Source of the DNA: Cladosporium halotolerans | Taxonomy: Eukaryota | Assembly: GCF_011745625.1 (NCBI RefSeq) | Contig: NW_027191457.1 | Location: 496,001 to 560,000 of the forward strand | Direction of reading: 5' to 3' | DNA: 64,000 bases | Part shown: piece by piece, positions 22,997-34,378 of the stretch | Position numbering within the stretch: the first letter of the stretch is position 1 | Layout of the letters: each line of letters opens with the position of its first letter | Notes under the pieces: generated by a model | Databases searched by the model: none | Told to the model about the DNA's origin: nothing | The model's input: the letters and a program-made list of their open reading frames with translations, nothing else | Made by a program: the position numbers and the translations under genes

Positions 22997-24430
22997 TCAA
23001 GCCGCAGACCTGTTATCGAGCTTTCTCGGTGAGCGACGTTTCGCTGGAGGGCTTGTCTGGTCCTGAGAGTCCGGTTTCTTTACGTTTGTTGCGGGCGCTC
23101 CAGTTGATCGTGGCTCTAGCTTGCGAGGCTTTTTCTTGGTTTGTTCCGAAGCTCCTGATGTGCTAGCTTTTGGTGCTTGACAATTCGTAGAGGTCAATGG
23201 CTTGCCAGCAGGCTTCGCAGCAGTCTGAGATGCTGACTTTGAGTCTTTCCCGGCTGACGTAGCACCACTGCCACTCGAGGGAGACTGACCCTTGTTCGAT
23301 GTACTTGGTTTCCCAAGCTTACGAGGGCCCGGCTTTGAGCCACCGGAGGCTTGCTGCGGCGGCGATGTCCCTTTTGGTGCCGACGAAGGCTGTTGAGCTT
23401 GTCCACTTGATGCTGAAGCTTGCTTCGTATCATTTTGTGTGCTTTCCTTGGCCTGATTCTGCTGCCCCTGAGCATGTGATTTGGTTTCGCTGGCATCCTG
23501 CAATTTTGACTTCGCATCTTGACTCTGTTTTGCTGTTTCAAGTTTTTTCTTATCATCCTCCTTCTCAGCGTTCGGATCCTTCTTCTCACCGGATCCGAGT
23601 GAAGGCATCCACGAAGAAGCGGTCTCCGTCCACGAAGACCCGCCTGCACCCTTCGCCGACGAGGCCACTGCATTCACCTCGCCAACATTATCTCCAGCGA
23701 TTCCCTCCAACTCTTCCGCAGTCGGTGCCTCTGTCTCCTGAATTGCTCCACACATCTTCTCCAACGCCCTCTTCTGCTGCGTAGTGGCTTTCCATCCAGG
23801 CAAATCCCCTGTCACTTTCCTAATCGCAGAGCCACCCGCCTTAGCCAGGTCAAAGAACGGCCCGTGAATAGCACCAGCCGCAGCACCAATGCCACCCGTG
23901 ATCAACGAGACCGGACCACCAACAAGAGTCCCCGTCAAGGTTCCCAGTGTTGCACCAAGTCCTACACCGAGCCCCGAGCCCGCAGCAAAGCCCTGGAACG
24001 AGCCCGATTGAAGATATCGTGCGGTTTTGCCAAAAGACTCTGCTTTGATAGATTCGTCCAGCTTCATTTCCAAAAGCTTCTGTCTCTCTTCGGGATCGCC
24101 GCAGCCCGCGGCAGCCCTTGCGTACTCCTCTGCCTTCTTCTTGGCTTGCATTGCTGTGTTTGCGGCTTGCGAGGCTTCTCGCTTCTGCTCTTCGGATGTC
24201 ATGGCTTGTGCCTTCTTGTCGGGTGGGGTTTGCTCGCTCGGTTGGCCTTGTTGGCCTTTCTGGCTTTGCTTGCTTTGCTGGCTCTGCTGATTCTGAGTGC
24301 CATTACCCTTCTTTGCCGGTTTGGCGGCTCCATTCTCGCCTTGTTTGCCAGCGGCCTTCTTCACCTGAGGACCAGCACCATTCTGGACAGACTGGCCCTG
24401 TTTGCCGGTGCCGTTCTGTGCTGCTGCCAT
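22997..24430 (-). CDS. Hypothetical protein with central glycine-zipper hydrophobic segment and Q/K/S-rich disordered flanks
   Basis: Intronless 477-aa ORF; FAAGSGLGVGLGATLGTLTGTLVGGPVSLITGGIGAAAGAIHG. Confidence 0.8.
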   Translation of the reverse strand: MAAAQNGTGKQGQSVQNGAGPQVKKAAGKQGENGAAKPAKKGNGTQNQQSQQSKQSQKGQQGQPSEQTPPDKKAQAMTSEEQKREASQAANTAMQAKKKAEEYARAAAGCGDPEERQKLLEMKLDESIKAESFGKTARYLQSGSFQGFAAGSGLGVGLGATLGTLTGTLVGGPVSLITGGIGAAAGAIHGPFFDLAKAGGSAIRKVTGDLPGWKATTQQKRALEKMCGAIQETEAPTAEELEGIAGDNVGEVNAVASSAKGAGGSSWTETASSWMPSLGSGEKKDPNAEKEDDKKKLETAKQSQDAKSKLQDASETKSHAQGQQNQAKESTQNDTKQASASSGQAQQPSSAPKGTSPPQQASGGSKPGPRKLGKPSTSNKGQSPSSGSGATSAGKDSKSASQTAAKPAGKPLTSTNCQAPKASTSGASEQTKKKPRKLEPRSTGAPATNVKKPDSQDQTSPPAKRRSPRKLDNRSAA

Positions 24431-25544
24431 CGTGACGGCGGGCTTACAATCGACTCACACTCGCAATTGAGCAGCTCTCCGCAATTGATCGATCAGGTCC
24501 GGACGCGATAGTCGGGCTCTAGTGTCTCGGGGCGTTGTCGTGTAACATGGGATGAGTTGAACAATGCTCAACGGAGATGCCGCAAGCGTACCAAGGTTGT
24601 GGAAGAGCAAGACTCTGAAGTTCGACCGTAGCACGCATCAATCGTGCTATTGCCCAGCCTCTTCATCATGATCCAAACCTGATATGCCGGTGACGGCAAA
24701 TATGACGATGTACCGAAGTCTAATTTCCAGGTCGTGCAGATCCCGATCCAAAGGAGGGTCCACTTCTGAGTCGCAGCCTCTGTGGGTATGGAGTGGAGTC
24801 CGATGCTTGCGAAGGCCGATCACCATGATGGAGCCTGGCCGAGTGATCGAGGTAAGTACTACGTTCTGTAGGAATGATATGCTGTGTAGGTGACTTTGTG
24901 CACATGTGGTGGGTCGCAAGCTGGCAATTCCAACCGTCGTATGAATACGAGCCGTCGTTCTCGCGAGTCTTCCGAGTGATCCTGCGGACCCAAAGCTGGG
25001 GAAGGAGTATAAAGTTGTTTTCTCCTCTTCTACCTACGCTACGGAGGCTACCCTGTCAATCCACTGTAGTAGTGTACCGTCGTGCATAGCAGGTGGCGGA
25101 GCCTCGGCCATGTCCTAAGCGGCAGCGCCGGCACGAGCGACGGTTGCCAGGCGGCACACTACGCCATGCACGCTTTGCGCAAGCTCTTTGTTAACGGAGC
25201 AAGGGAGCTTGTCGCTGGTCAGGTGCCGGTATTAAGCTGCAAGAATACGAGACGAAGTGCAGGAGCAAAGAGGTCCGGCCGTGAAGCGACCCTGAGGAGT
25301 TTAGCGTAGCGGCATCGTTACCACGGGCGTTTGTGTGCCTGTGCGACTTGCGTCCGTGTTGCCGACCGCTATACTTGGAGGTGGATCTATATAAGCCGAT
25401 CGCTTCGTCACTGTGGGTTTCACTTTCACTCTTCAGCAATCTTCTTACTTACACGCCAGCGACTGAGCCTTCCTGCTTCACTCGGAACTTCCACTTTGCA
25501 ACCGCATTGAACAACACCAACCCTTCATCCACAGACTCATCACC

Positions 25545-26204
25545 ATGAAGACCACTGTTTTCGCCGCCATTGGCGCCCTCGCGACCACCGCCACCGCACA
25601 GTTCTACAACGTCAGCTCCAAGCCCTTCAACCTCGTCCTGAAGTCCGACAACCAGACGCTCGACGACGCCGCACTCTACGCTTGCCACGAAGGCGCAGCC
25701 ATTGAAGGTCTCTGCCTCGGCAGCAAGAACCTGACCGACGCCTCTGTCTTCACTTTCAACACCTCCTCCTTTTCCGAGCCCACCAACAGCAGCATCGGCG
25801 ACCCTGGCATCATCTCCTGGAACCTGCAGACCACCGAGCTTCTGGTTCCGTCTTCCCTGACGCTCCAGAACAACCCGACCACCAATGTCGGCATCCCGCT
25901 GCTCTACACCGGCGACGATGAGGCCCAGCTCGTAGCTTTCGACGAGGACGATCAGCTCAACATTCAGGGAACCCTCGACGACACGGTCTCTCCCTTGAAC
26001 TTCTCCACTCTCACCAAGGCGTACTACCGCTGGTACATTTGCGACACGTACTGGGGCTATGCGTACACCACCCTTGCTTGGGTGAGTAAAAGTATCACGA
26101 AAAGAACTGAGGTCTTAGCTAATCATGCACAATAGGTCTACGGCAACGGAGAGCCTCAGAACCCGAGCTGCCAGGGCGTCAACGTCACTCGCGTCTACAC
26201 CTAG
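25545..26204 (+). CDS. Small secreted Cys-containing protein (cell wall or effector-like); intron 26082-26135
   Basis: Signal peptide MKTTVFAAIGALATTATAQ; ACHEGAAIEGLC; WYICDTYWGYAYTTLAWVYGNGEPQNPSCQGVNVTRVYT after splicing. TATATAA at about 25388. Confidence 0.88.
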
Positions 26205-26397
26205 ACTGGCCTCGAGCTTAGAGGAATACACGAGCTATACACGAGCCCACTCAGGCACAGAGAGAGCGAGGAATTCGAGGACGATGCACGCATATCACGA
26301 CTTTAATACTGTACTATAACACCTAATGAAACACTCCATGAATCATTTCCTTGACGCAGCAAGGACCCATTTCCACCTCTCTCCATCCCTATCCGCC

Positions 26398-27294
26398 TCA
26401 ATTACCGTCAATAAAGGGCAATACCGCCTTCAAAAAGCCCTCCGGACTCTCCTCGGCCAGATAATGCGCCGCACCCTCCACAACACCCTCCACCACCTTC
26501 TCAGCCTCCGTCACCTCAAGCGCCATTCCCCAAGCCCCCTCCCTATGCCGACTAAACTCCCCACTCAAGACCATACTAGGCACCACACATTTCCCTAACT
26601 CCCTCACCCACGCCCCATTCTCCTCCGCATCCTGCCCAAAAGCCCTATAGACCCCAAACGCGCACCTTAGCGCTCCCGGCCTCGCATACGCAGCCGCGTA
26701 CGCATCGACGTCCGCCTCGCCGAAGGCGTCGAGATTATACGTGATCTTCTCCAAGAAGTGGCGCACGTACAGCCTCTCGCGGCCCGCGACGAGCGCCTCG
26801 GGCAAGTCCGCGACGGCGTGGAAGACAAAGTGAAACTGCTGCACGGCACTATCTGTGAGCTCGCGCTCGTACGTTGTTGTGCCGGGCAGCGGGCACTCGC
26901 CCCAGACGACGCTGCGCACGCGAGAGGGGTGCCGGCTTGCGAGCGCGAATGCCACCATGCCGCCGATGTCGTGGCCGACGACGTGGACTGGGTCCGTGAT
27001 GGCGAGTGCGTCGAGCAGAGCGAGGAGGTCGCCGGCAATGGTTGTTTTGCGGAAGTCGATGTGGTTGGTAGAGGACCGGCCGGCGCAGCGGTAGTCCGGC
27101 GCGAGGCAGCGATAGCCTGCGTTGGCAAGGAACGGGATCACATGCCGGTATTGGTGAGAGGTTTGGGGGAAGCCGTGGAGGAGGATGATGGTGCCCTTTT
27201 CTGGGTGGGTTGAGGCTGGGTGGTCTAGGTAGGCTATTCGGACGGCCTCGGAGTTGGGGCCTTCGAGGTCGATGGCGCGGTATGCTGTGGGCAT
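26398..27294 (-). CDS. Alpha/beta hydrolase (epoxide hydrolase / haloacetate dehalogenase-like)
   Basis: LLHGFPQ, APDYR, VVGHDIGG (nucleophile Asp), FHFVFH, AAHYLAEESP. Confidence 0.92.
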   Translation of the reverse strand: MPTAYRAIDLEGPNSEAVRIAYLDHPASTHPEKGTIILLHGFPQTSHQYRHVIPFLANAGYRCLAPDYRCAGRSSTNHIDFRKTTIAGDLLALLDALAITDPVHVVGHDIGGMVAFALASRHPSRVRSVVWGECPLPGTTTYERELTDSAVQQFHFVFHAVADLPEALVAGRERLYVRHFLEKITYNLDAFGEADVDAYAAAYARPGALRCAFGVYRAFGQDAEENGAWVRELGKCVVPSMVLSGEFSRHREGAWGMALEVTEAEKVVEGVVEGAAHYLAEESPEGFLKAVLPFIDGN

Positions 27295-28101
27295 TTTTTA
27301 AGAATGTGCGTAGGTACTGATAACCTCCAACATCCTGCGTGTACGTCGCATCTGTGATATATGAGACGAAAGATTGCACCTACCTCTCAGCATCTACAAG
27401 CGCTCACATGGTTGATACGACTCTCTCAGGCTTGGTATGACGCTCGCGATTGATAATCACAGACACGGCGCATTGCAAAGCATACTGTACAAAAGACAAT
27501 TTGGCCGGGTATCGGCGTCCGTCGAGCGTCATGGGGAGCGACACGCTGTATCGCCTTCTGCATCGTGACGGCGGGGATGACGCTCCAGAATGTGAGGCGA
27601 TGGCCGATCTCTGGACGACCTGCAGGGGGCTGAATTCGGTGCGCCGCAGCCAGATCCATGTCACTACCGACATGGAGCCTCAAAATTCTCCGGCAGGGTG
27701 GCTGCAGTGCGACTCGAAAGCTCAACAAAATCTCCAACCCTTTTCGCGATGCGGCCGAATCCGAGAGATGTCGTGTTTTCTCCGTTATCGACAGACGGAT
27801 CATATCTTTCGCGCCTAGAGGTGGTCCCACACACCTCCCGACTTCGCGCCGCAGCCGCCTGGGCGACGGGATGGCCCTCCACCTCATCATTACAGCATTT
27901 ATCAGGTGACGCTATCCACGGGCACTAGTAGGGACAATCTTTCGGCCCCCGTCTGGGGATGACGCTTCTCTTTACTGCTGCATGTGAGACACCGCATGGC
28001 TTTTCTTTTTGTGGAGATGTCATGAAATAGAAAGAACAGCCACCCGGTACTTGGAAAGATTCTGTCCCGCCAGCCCGCCACCGGAGTCAATTCCATCCAT
28101 C

Positions 28102-29133
28102 ATGGACCGAACTCGGCATTCGCTCAGAGGCGCAAAAGAACCGCCTTTGAGACCGCACGCGGCGAAATCATCAGAGGAACGCCAGTCGCTTTTATCGTTC
28201 TATCAGAGATATTCGTACCGAAATGGCCCCGGCGAATATAGCGACAACCATCACAATATTTCACCGCCTCGTGATGAGACGAGTTGGGAAAAAGCCGTAG
28301 CCTATCTGTCGGCCGACGTATCGACAAGATGGACCGATCTAGTCCTCCTAGTCTGCTTCATGATCTCGGGCCTGGTCGATAGCGGCGCATACAATGCCTA
28401 TTCATGCTTCGTTTCTATGCAGGTTAGTCAACTATTCAACGAAAAATCTCATCCAACCTTCCTAACACTCACACAGACCGGCAACACCATCTTCCTCGCC
28501 CTGGGCGCCAACTCCCTCCCCGTAGCCTCGCCCTCCCTCGCCTGGACCAAATCCATCACGGCCATCCTCTCCTTCATCCTCGGCGCAGCCCTCATCTCCG
28601 CCTTCCACCGCAACTTCGGCCCGCGCAAACGCTGGGTCCTTGCCGCCTCCTTCACCTTCCAGCTCCTCGTGACCGCCGCCGCGGCCGCAGTCATCACGCA
28701 CGGTGGCGCGAGCGAGTCGCCCGCGAAACCTGGCGAGCCGTCGGACCTGTCCGGCGTGCCGCGCGACATCGGCTTCCCGACCATCGACCTCGTGCCCATC
28801 GGCCTGCTGAGCTTCCAGGCGGCCGGCAAGGTCGTCGCGAGCCGCGTGTTGGGCATGAACGCTCTGCCGGCTGTCGTTCTGACGACGCTGTATAATGACC
28901 TGGCTTCGGATCCGGCGCTGCTGACGGCGGGGCTGGCGGGGAATGTGCAGCGGAATCGTCGGGCGGGCGGTCTGGTTGCCTATGTTTTTGGGGCGTTGGT
29001 TGGAGGCGCGTTTGCGAAGAGTGCGGTCGGGCTTGCGGGCGCGTTGTGGTTTACGGCGGGAATCAAGTTTTTGCTTGTTTTTGCTTGGTTGTTCTGGCGG
29101 GAGGAGGGTAAGGAAGAGGAAGGGGAGGCATAG
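28102..29133 (+). CDS. YoaK/DUF1275 family membrane protein; in-frame 54-nt intron 28423-28476
   Basis: SGLVDSGAY...FVSMQ|TGNT motif restored by a GTTAGT..CTAAC..CAG intron; LLSFQ, VVLTTLYNDL; multiple TM segments. Confidence 0.88.
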   Translation: MDRTRHSLRGAKEPPLRPHAAKSSEERQSLLSFYQRYSYRNGPGEYSDNHHNISPPRDETSWEKAVAYLSADVSTRWTDLVLLVCFMISGLVDSGAYNAYSCFVSMQVSQLFNEKSHPTFLTLTQTGNTIFLALGANSLPVASPSLAWTKSITAILSFILGAALISAFHRNFGPRKRWVLAASFTFQLLVTAAAAAVITHGGASESPAKPGEPSDLSGVPRDIGFPTIDLVPIGLLSFQAAGKVVASRVLGMNALPAVVLTTLYNDLASDPALLTAGLAGNVQRNRRAGGLVAYVFGALVGGAFAKSAVGLAGALWFTAGIKFLLVFAWLFWREEGKEEEGEA

Positions 29134-29253
29134 GGAGGGTGGGTATCATAGAATGTAGCATATGCTATAGGAAATTAAACATGTCTGCTTGCTGTGTTGT
29201 CTTTTATTCGTGAAAGGGAAAAGGAAACCGGTCATCTCAAATAGGAAAGGATA

Positions 29254-30270
29254 TTAAGTCACCTTGACCACGAGCTTGCCCCGGGTCCTGCCAGTCTTCA
29301 GCCTCTCATAACCCTTGCCCGCATCATCCAGACTAAACTCCTGCTCGATGATAGCCTTCAGCTTCCCCTCCGCCATCCACTTCGCAAGCTCCGCGTACTG
29401 CACCGCGTTCGCCACGCAGGTGACGAATTGGAACTTGCGCTGCCCGCCACCCAGCGCCTTCGGCCAGAGGAAGATGCTCAGGATATTCTTGATGACGCTG
29501 AACTTTGCGTTGCCCGCGATCGTCACGTAGCTGCCCTCGGGCTTGAGGTACTTAGGCGAAGCCCAGTACAGGTCCGCGTCTGCGAAGACGTTGTCGATGA
29601 TCAGGTCGTACTGGTTGCCGCTGCGCGTGAGCGTCTGCACGACGTCCTGCGAGCGGTAGTCAATGACCTCGTCGGCGCCGAGGGACTTGACCAGCTCGGC
29701 GTTCGCGCCGCTGCAGGTGGTAGTCACGTAGCAGCCGAGGATCTTCGCGATCTGGATTTGGTAGGTGCCGACACCACCGCTGCCGCCGTTGATGAGGACC
29801 TTTGAGCCGGACTTGATGAATGGCGCGATGGTCTGGTACGCTGTCAGCCCGGCGACGCCGAGCGTGGCGGCGTGCTTGGGCTCGACACCATCGGGGATGG
29901 GCACGCAGGCTTCCTTCGACGCGATGAGGTACTCGCCCAGCGCGCCGAAGGACGGCGGTGCGGTCTCGCCGAAGACGCGCTCACCGGGCTTCAGGTGTGG
30001 CAGGGTGCTTTCGATGACGGTGCCGGCGAAGTCGAGGCCCGGGACGCCCTTGGAGAAGACGAAGCGGCCGAGGAGAGGGAGTTCGGGGACCTTGTAGTCG
30101 ACGGGGTTTAGGGAGGCGTAGGAAACGCGTACGAGGGTTTGATCTTTGGACAGGTTCTTCGCGTTCTTGGGAAGAGGCCAAGAGCTGGTGGCTTTTAGGT
30201 TCTTGTGTAGGCCGCCAGCTGTGCTTTCGTAGGCGGCGGCTCGCATGGTGTCGCCAAGTGCTGAGGCCAT
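29254..30270 (-). CDS. Medium-chain dehydrogenase/reductase (quinone oxidoreductase/RTN4IP1-like)
   Basis: ASLNPVDYK, PGLDFAGTV, AGLTAYQ, INGGSGGVG, LGADEVIDY, GRTRGKLVV. Confidence 0.92.
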   Translation of the reverse strand: MASALGDTMRAAAYESTAGGLHKNLKATSSWPLPKNAKNLSKDQTLVRVSYASLNPVDYKVPELPLLGRFVFSKGVPGLDFAGTVIESTLPHLKPGERVFGETAPPSFGALGEYLIASKEACVPIPDGVEPKHAATLGVAGLTAYQTIAPFIKSGSKVLINGGSGGVGTYQIQIAKILGCYVTTTCSGANAELVKSLGADEVIDYRSQDVVQTLTRSGNQYDLIIDNVFADADLYWASPKYLKPEGSYVTIAGNAKFSVIKNILSIFLWPKALGGGQRKFQFVTCVANAVQYAELAKWMAEGKLKAIIEQEFSLDDAGKGYERLKTGRTRGKLVVKVT

Positions 30271-30746
30271 TTTGTTCGTTGTGTAATTGCTATCGTGCTG
30301 TTGACTGACCAGCCGGTTTTCGTGTAAAATGTGAGTGACGCTGGATGGGAGATCAAAAGCAATCCAGAGCTTTCGATGGCGGGATATATATTATCGACAC
30401 ATTTAGCGCCGATCCTCAGGCGAGCGGATACGGAAGTTCGGCGGGGTTGCTGGATGACTTAGCGAGTGCTGGAGAGCCGTGGCACTTGCTCTTGACCCTT
30501 CGTAAGCAAGCCCCAGCCGCCCGGACATTAGGTACCACCTGTCAAGCTCGGTTTGCGCCCGGCGATATCATATCTGGCACGGATATCACGATAACCACAG
30601 CGTTGTCTGAAGCTTGAAAGCACGGATGGAAAGTGCTTCCGGAGTCGGGGTTTCCCATGAAACCCCGAATCACATAATCGAGGTGGATCAATATACAACA
30701 CAGATCTATCTACTTCTACACACTAACAAAGAAGAGACAATGCACC

Positions 30747-33446
30747 TTACTTCAGCTCCGTCAACTCCTCCTCCAACATCAGCTGGAAGCTGAACGGCTC
30801 GAAGGCAACGCCTTCGCCAATGAAATGCTTGCTCATCGCTTCGACCCAGTGCAGACGCAGCGAGTGCAACATGGCACTGGTGCCCTCCATGACGACGAGG
30901 ACAGCGACAGTGAGGAAGAACCAGACGGTAAAGAACACGAAGATGGCGATAATGCCAGTGGCGCCGCCCATGCCGAAGGCGTTGGCGAGAGTCATGGACC
31001 ACAGGACCTTGGACAGCTGCTGGTGAGCAAGAGAAAGAGCCCAGAGACGGAGGTAAGAGGCTGTGTGGGAAACGCAGTTGAGGCAGAACTCTGGAAAGAT
31101 GTCAGCCGATGCTATCATGACGAGGAAGAGGGTTGATTTGCTTACCAATGGTGTGGATGACCTGGTGGATCATGACCTCGCTGAACTCGAACTCCTCGTG
31201 CTCGTCGTCAAGATCCTGGCTGATCATGGCGGCACCATCCATCTCTGACTCGACAGACGGCCTGCCGTTGGCGTGGGCGCTGTGCCCGCCCTCGTCATCA
31301 TCGTCATCGTCAAGAGCAGAGACACGGGTGTTCTCGCCAATGCCGCGGTATCCTTGGGCGCGAGCGCGGTTGTGCTCCCAGCGAAGGTAGAATGGTTTGA
31401 GGAACAGCAAGATCGGAACCTGGACGACGGCAAGAAGAAGCAGGATGACCTGGACAGCTCCTTGGCCGTTGTAGAGTTTTTCATTGATGGTACCGGGAGA
31501 GAGGAACATGTAAATCAGCATGTTCAGAAGTCCAGGGGGCTGCTCTCCCATCGCATACCAATCAATGCTCCACTTGTAGACGATGCAGAAGACCAAGTAG
31601 CCGAAGATGGACTGGAAGAAAATCATGCCTGGGATGAAGTTGCCCCAGATGTCGATCGGCGTACGGAAGTGACGGGCGTTGATGTACGAGAGACACAGGT
31701 TGTAGGTCATGTGCGCCCAACCCATGATGATGGACAGCTTCATCTTGTAAGAGTTCGAGAAAAGCAGGTCGTTGTCAGTCTCGTGCCAACGCCAGTCCAA
31801 GCCAAAGGGATAGGTGTATCCTTCGACGCGAGAAGCAGTGATGACACCGTCCTTCTCAGGGTCGTAGCCTTCAGGGAAGTTCCACTGCCACATGGAGGGG
31901 AACAGGGAGAGCTCCTTCGAGAAGATATCACAATAAAGAATTCCGGTGTACATGGAGAAGATACCCATCATGAGCATGATGTAGCGACCATAGAAGGCCA
32001 TGCCAAACAGCTCGTCTTGCTTGCCGCGCTGAAGAGGCTTCTCCCAGTAGATCATAGCGGCGGCTGCCATGGTCATGATGAAACCGTGACCGAGGTCACC
32101 AAACATGACGGCGAACAAGAACGGGAACGTGACGATGGAGGGAAGACCAGGGTTGACCTCGGTGTACTTCGCGGTACCGTATGCGTCAATGATAGTCTGG
32201 AAACCGAGGGTAAACTTGTTGGTCTTGTTGTAAGTTGGCGGTGTCTTGGACGTCTTGATCTGGTTGACGATAGTCGGCACGCTCAGGCCAGCGCGGTCGT
32301 TCACGTCTTGAAGCGTGGACTTGATCAAGCCCAATGAGTTCGTCGGGCACCAGGCCTCAGCAACCAAGGTCTTGCGGGCGGGGTCGTAGCTGAAACGGTT
32401 GAGGGTCTGATAGACACCCTTCTCCTTTTTGGTGACAATCATCCAGGCAGCAAGAGAACGACCAATCTGGTTGAGCTCCGCATCGAGAGTACGCTTGGTG
32501 TTGCCCAGAACGTTGGAAAGGTCCTGAAGACGAGAGTTGACCTCGTGCATCTGATCCCTGCGGAGCTCGCCATTCTCATCCACATTGTAGATGCTGGCAC
32601 CCAGACTCTCCGAGATCTTACGGATCTTCGCAATAATCTCCTTGCCGTGGGCGAAGATGACGAAGACATTCTTGTGAACCTCCTCGTTCTTCTCCGGGTC
32701 AACGATGGGGTCAGGGATTTCGCTCTGGTTCATGTACAAGTTGCCACGGAGTGTACGCCACAGAATGCGCTCAAATGCGCCCATCCTCTCTCTTGGAATG
32801 ACACCAGCGACGAAGCCAATGTTCATAACGCTGAAGCTCTGCTGCTGTGGAGCATCCGTAGAGCCGTTGGCCTGCTCCACGTCGCGCAGCAGAGGCGCGT
32901 CATCGGAAGAATCAATGCTTTGTCTGATCTCCTCCGTCTGACCTCTTGCGCGATCAAAAAAGCCACCGGCCTCGCGCAAAACCCAGCGCCACTCCGTGAG
33001 CTCGGTCTCGCGCTTCTTGAGGGTCTCGTAGCTCTCGTTCAGGCCGTGAATACGCTGCTCGAGGCTCTGGCTGCGGTCGGCAAGCTCGTCGATTTCGGAA
33101 GCAGAAGGCGCTGCCATGTTGTTGGTGAAGTCGTAGATGGGGCGCATGCCAATACCATTACGCTCGATCTGCTGGCGGAAGTAGTTGAGCTGGCGCTCGA
33201 CGTTGTCAAGGCGGCGGATCTCCTGGGTGAAGGTTCGCTGGAAGGCGGTGGTGTCGGGGTTCAGCTGGGTGTTGTCAGTCTCCATGTGCCGTGTATATGC
33301 GCTCGTTCTCATCGTACATCTCTGAACTGCATGACACCCAGCTCTCCCAGGGCCGAAACGACCTCGCGGCCAATCTCGTTGGCCACGTAGAGCTGGGTCA
33401 GCGTCATGTCCGCCGAGCGGAAGAGCGAATCCTTTCCGGCCGCCAT
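30747..33446 (-). CDS. VPH1: V-type H+-ATPase subunit a; two introns
   Basis: [20 protein letters not shown]...[68 protein letters not shown]. Confidence 0.96.
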
Positions 33447-33965
33447 CTTGCCTGTACCTCTCTCGAAGTAACCTGAGAGGCGATCGGCAGATAGTGGGTG
33501 ATGATGGGGTGCGATACGTGTGTTTGGGCAGAGCTCAAGGCAGCTTCGAGAGTCGAGGAGACCATGGCGAGTGGTGCGTGCTGTGAACGCCTCAGGCATC
33601 AAGAAATGGCCTCGCGTCCTCGAAACATCCGCCAAAGACGTCACCAGCCGAGCCGGCCCAAGACAGCTTGAGAGCGCCGTGAGCGAGACATCATTATCCT
33701 ACGCATTCATATGCTTATTACTACTGCTACTTGACGACTCTCGAAACCGTCAAGTTATCATAGTCTCTGGCTGGCGATCTCCGGGCTTGACACACTCTCC
33801 ACGCTTGAACACAGACGCTCAGACATCGCTCATGCCTCCAGGGCATTCTATGTTGCGACACCCACAGCCGGCCACTTGCAAAAAGACCACTCGCCGTCGT
33901 CCAGACTTCAGAACCAACACTGCTACGCCGATACCGCCCAAGAAAAAGCAAAAAGAAACGATCAG

Positions 33966-34038
33966 TGCCCTAAGACGGAGTCGAACCGGCGACCTCGTCA
34001 TTACTAGTGACGCGCTCTACCAACTGAGCTATCAGGGC
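33966..34038 (-). tRNA. tRNA-Thr(AGT)
   Basis: GCCCTGATAGCTCAGTTGGTAGAGCGCGTCACTAGTAATGACGAGGTCGCCGGTTCGACTCCGTCTTAGGGCA; cloverleaf with anticodon AGT and GTTCGA T-loop. Confidence 0.95.
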
Positions 34039-34378
34039 GAGGGCATGCTCTGATCAGATGAGATGAGGACTCGCTGTGACGTTTCTGACCGTTGGTGTAA
34101 TTCCGAAAATCACACTTCACCCAACGACCCTGTTTGATGAAAAGAGTTTGTCGCTTTGCTAGCTCAACAGCCTGGTAATCTGGCTACACGACTGTACTGT
34201 GACCCTTATCAGACCTGGCTTCTCCAGAACCCCTCAGCAAGCACAGCCATATGCAGCCGCTCTCTTGTTCTCGCGGGTTCTCTACGAGGAAATGGGAGTA
34301 AGGCGAGTATTACCATTCCTGGCGGGTTTCGGATAACGGTTTGTCGATTCGGGTCGGGCCAAGGCAAGGAGGCTATGA

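Noticed and set aside
22986..22999. A-run immediately after the stop codon of an intronless gene as a retrocopy signature
   Set aside because: The run is only 11-12 nt, no target-site duplication was found, and intronless genes are common in this window.
19560..30270. Dioxygenase, dehydrogenases, hydrolase and membrane protein as a catabolic or biosynthetic gene cluster
   Set aside because: No backbone enzyme or transcription factor is present, the functions and localisations are unrelated, and I saw no shared promoter motif.
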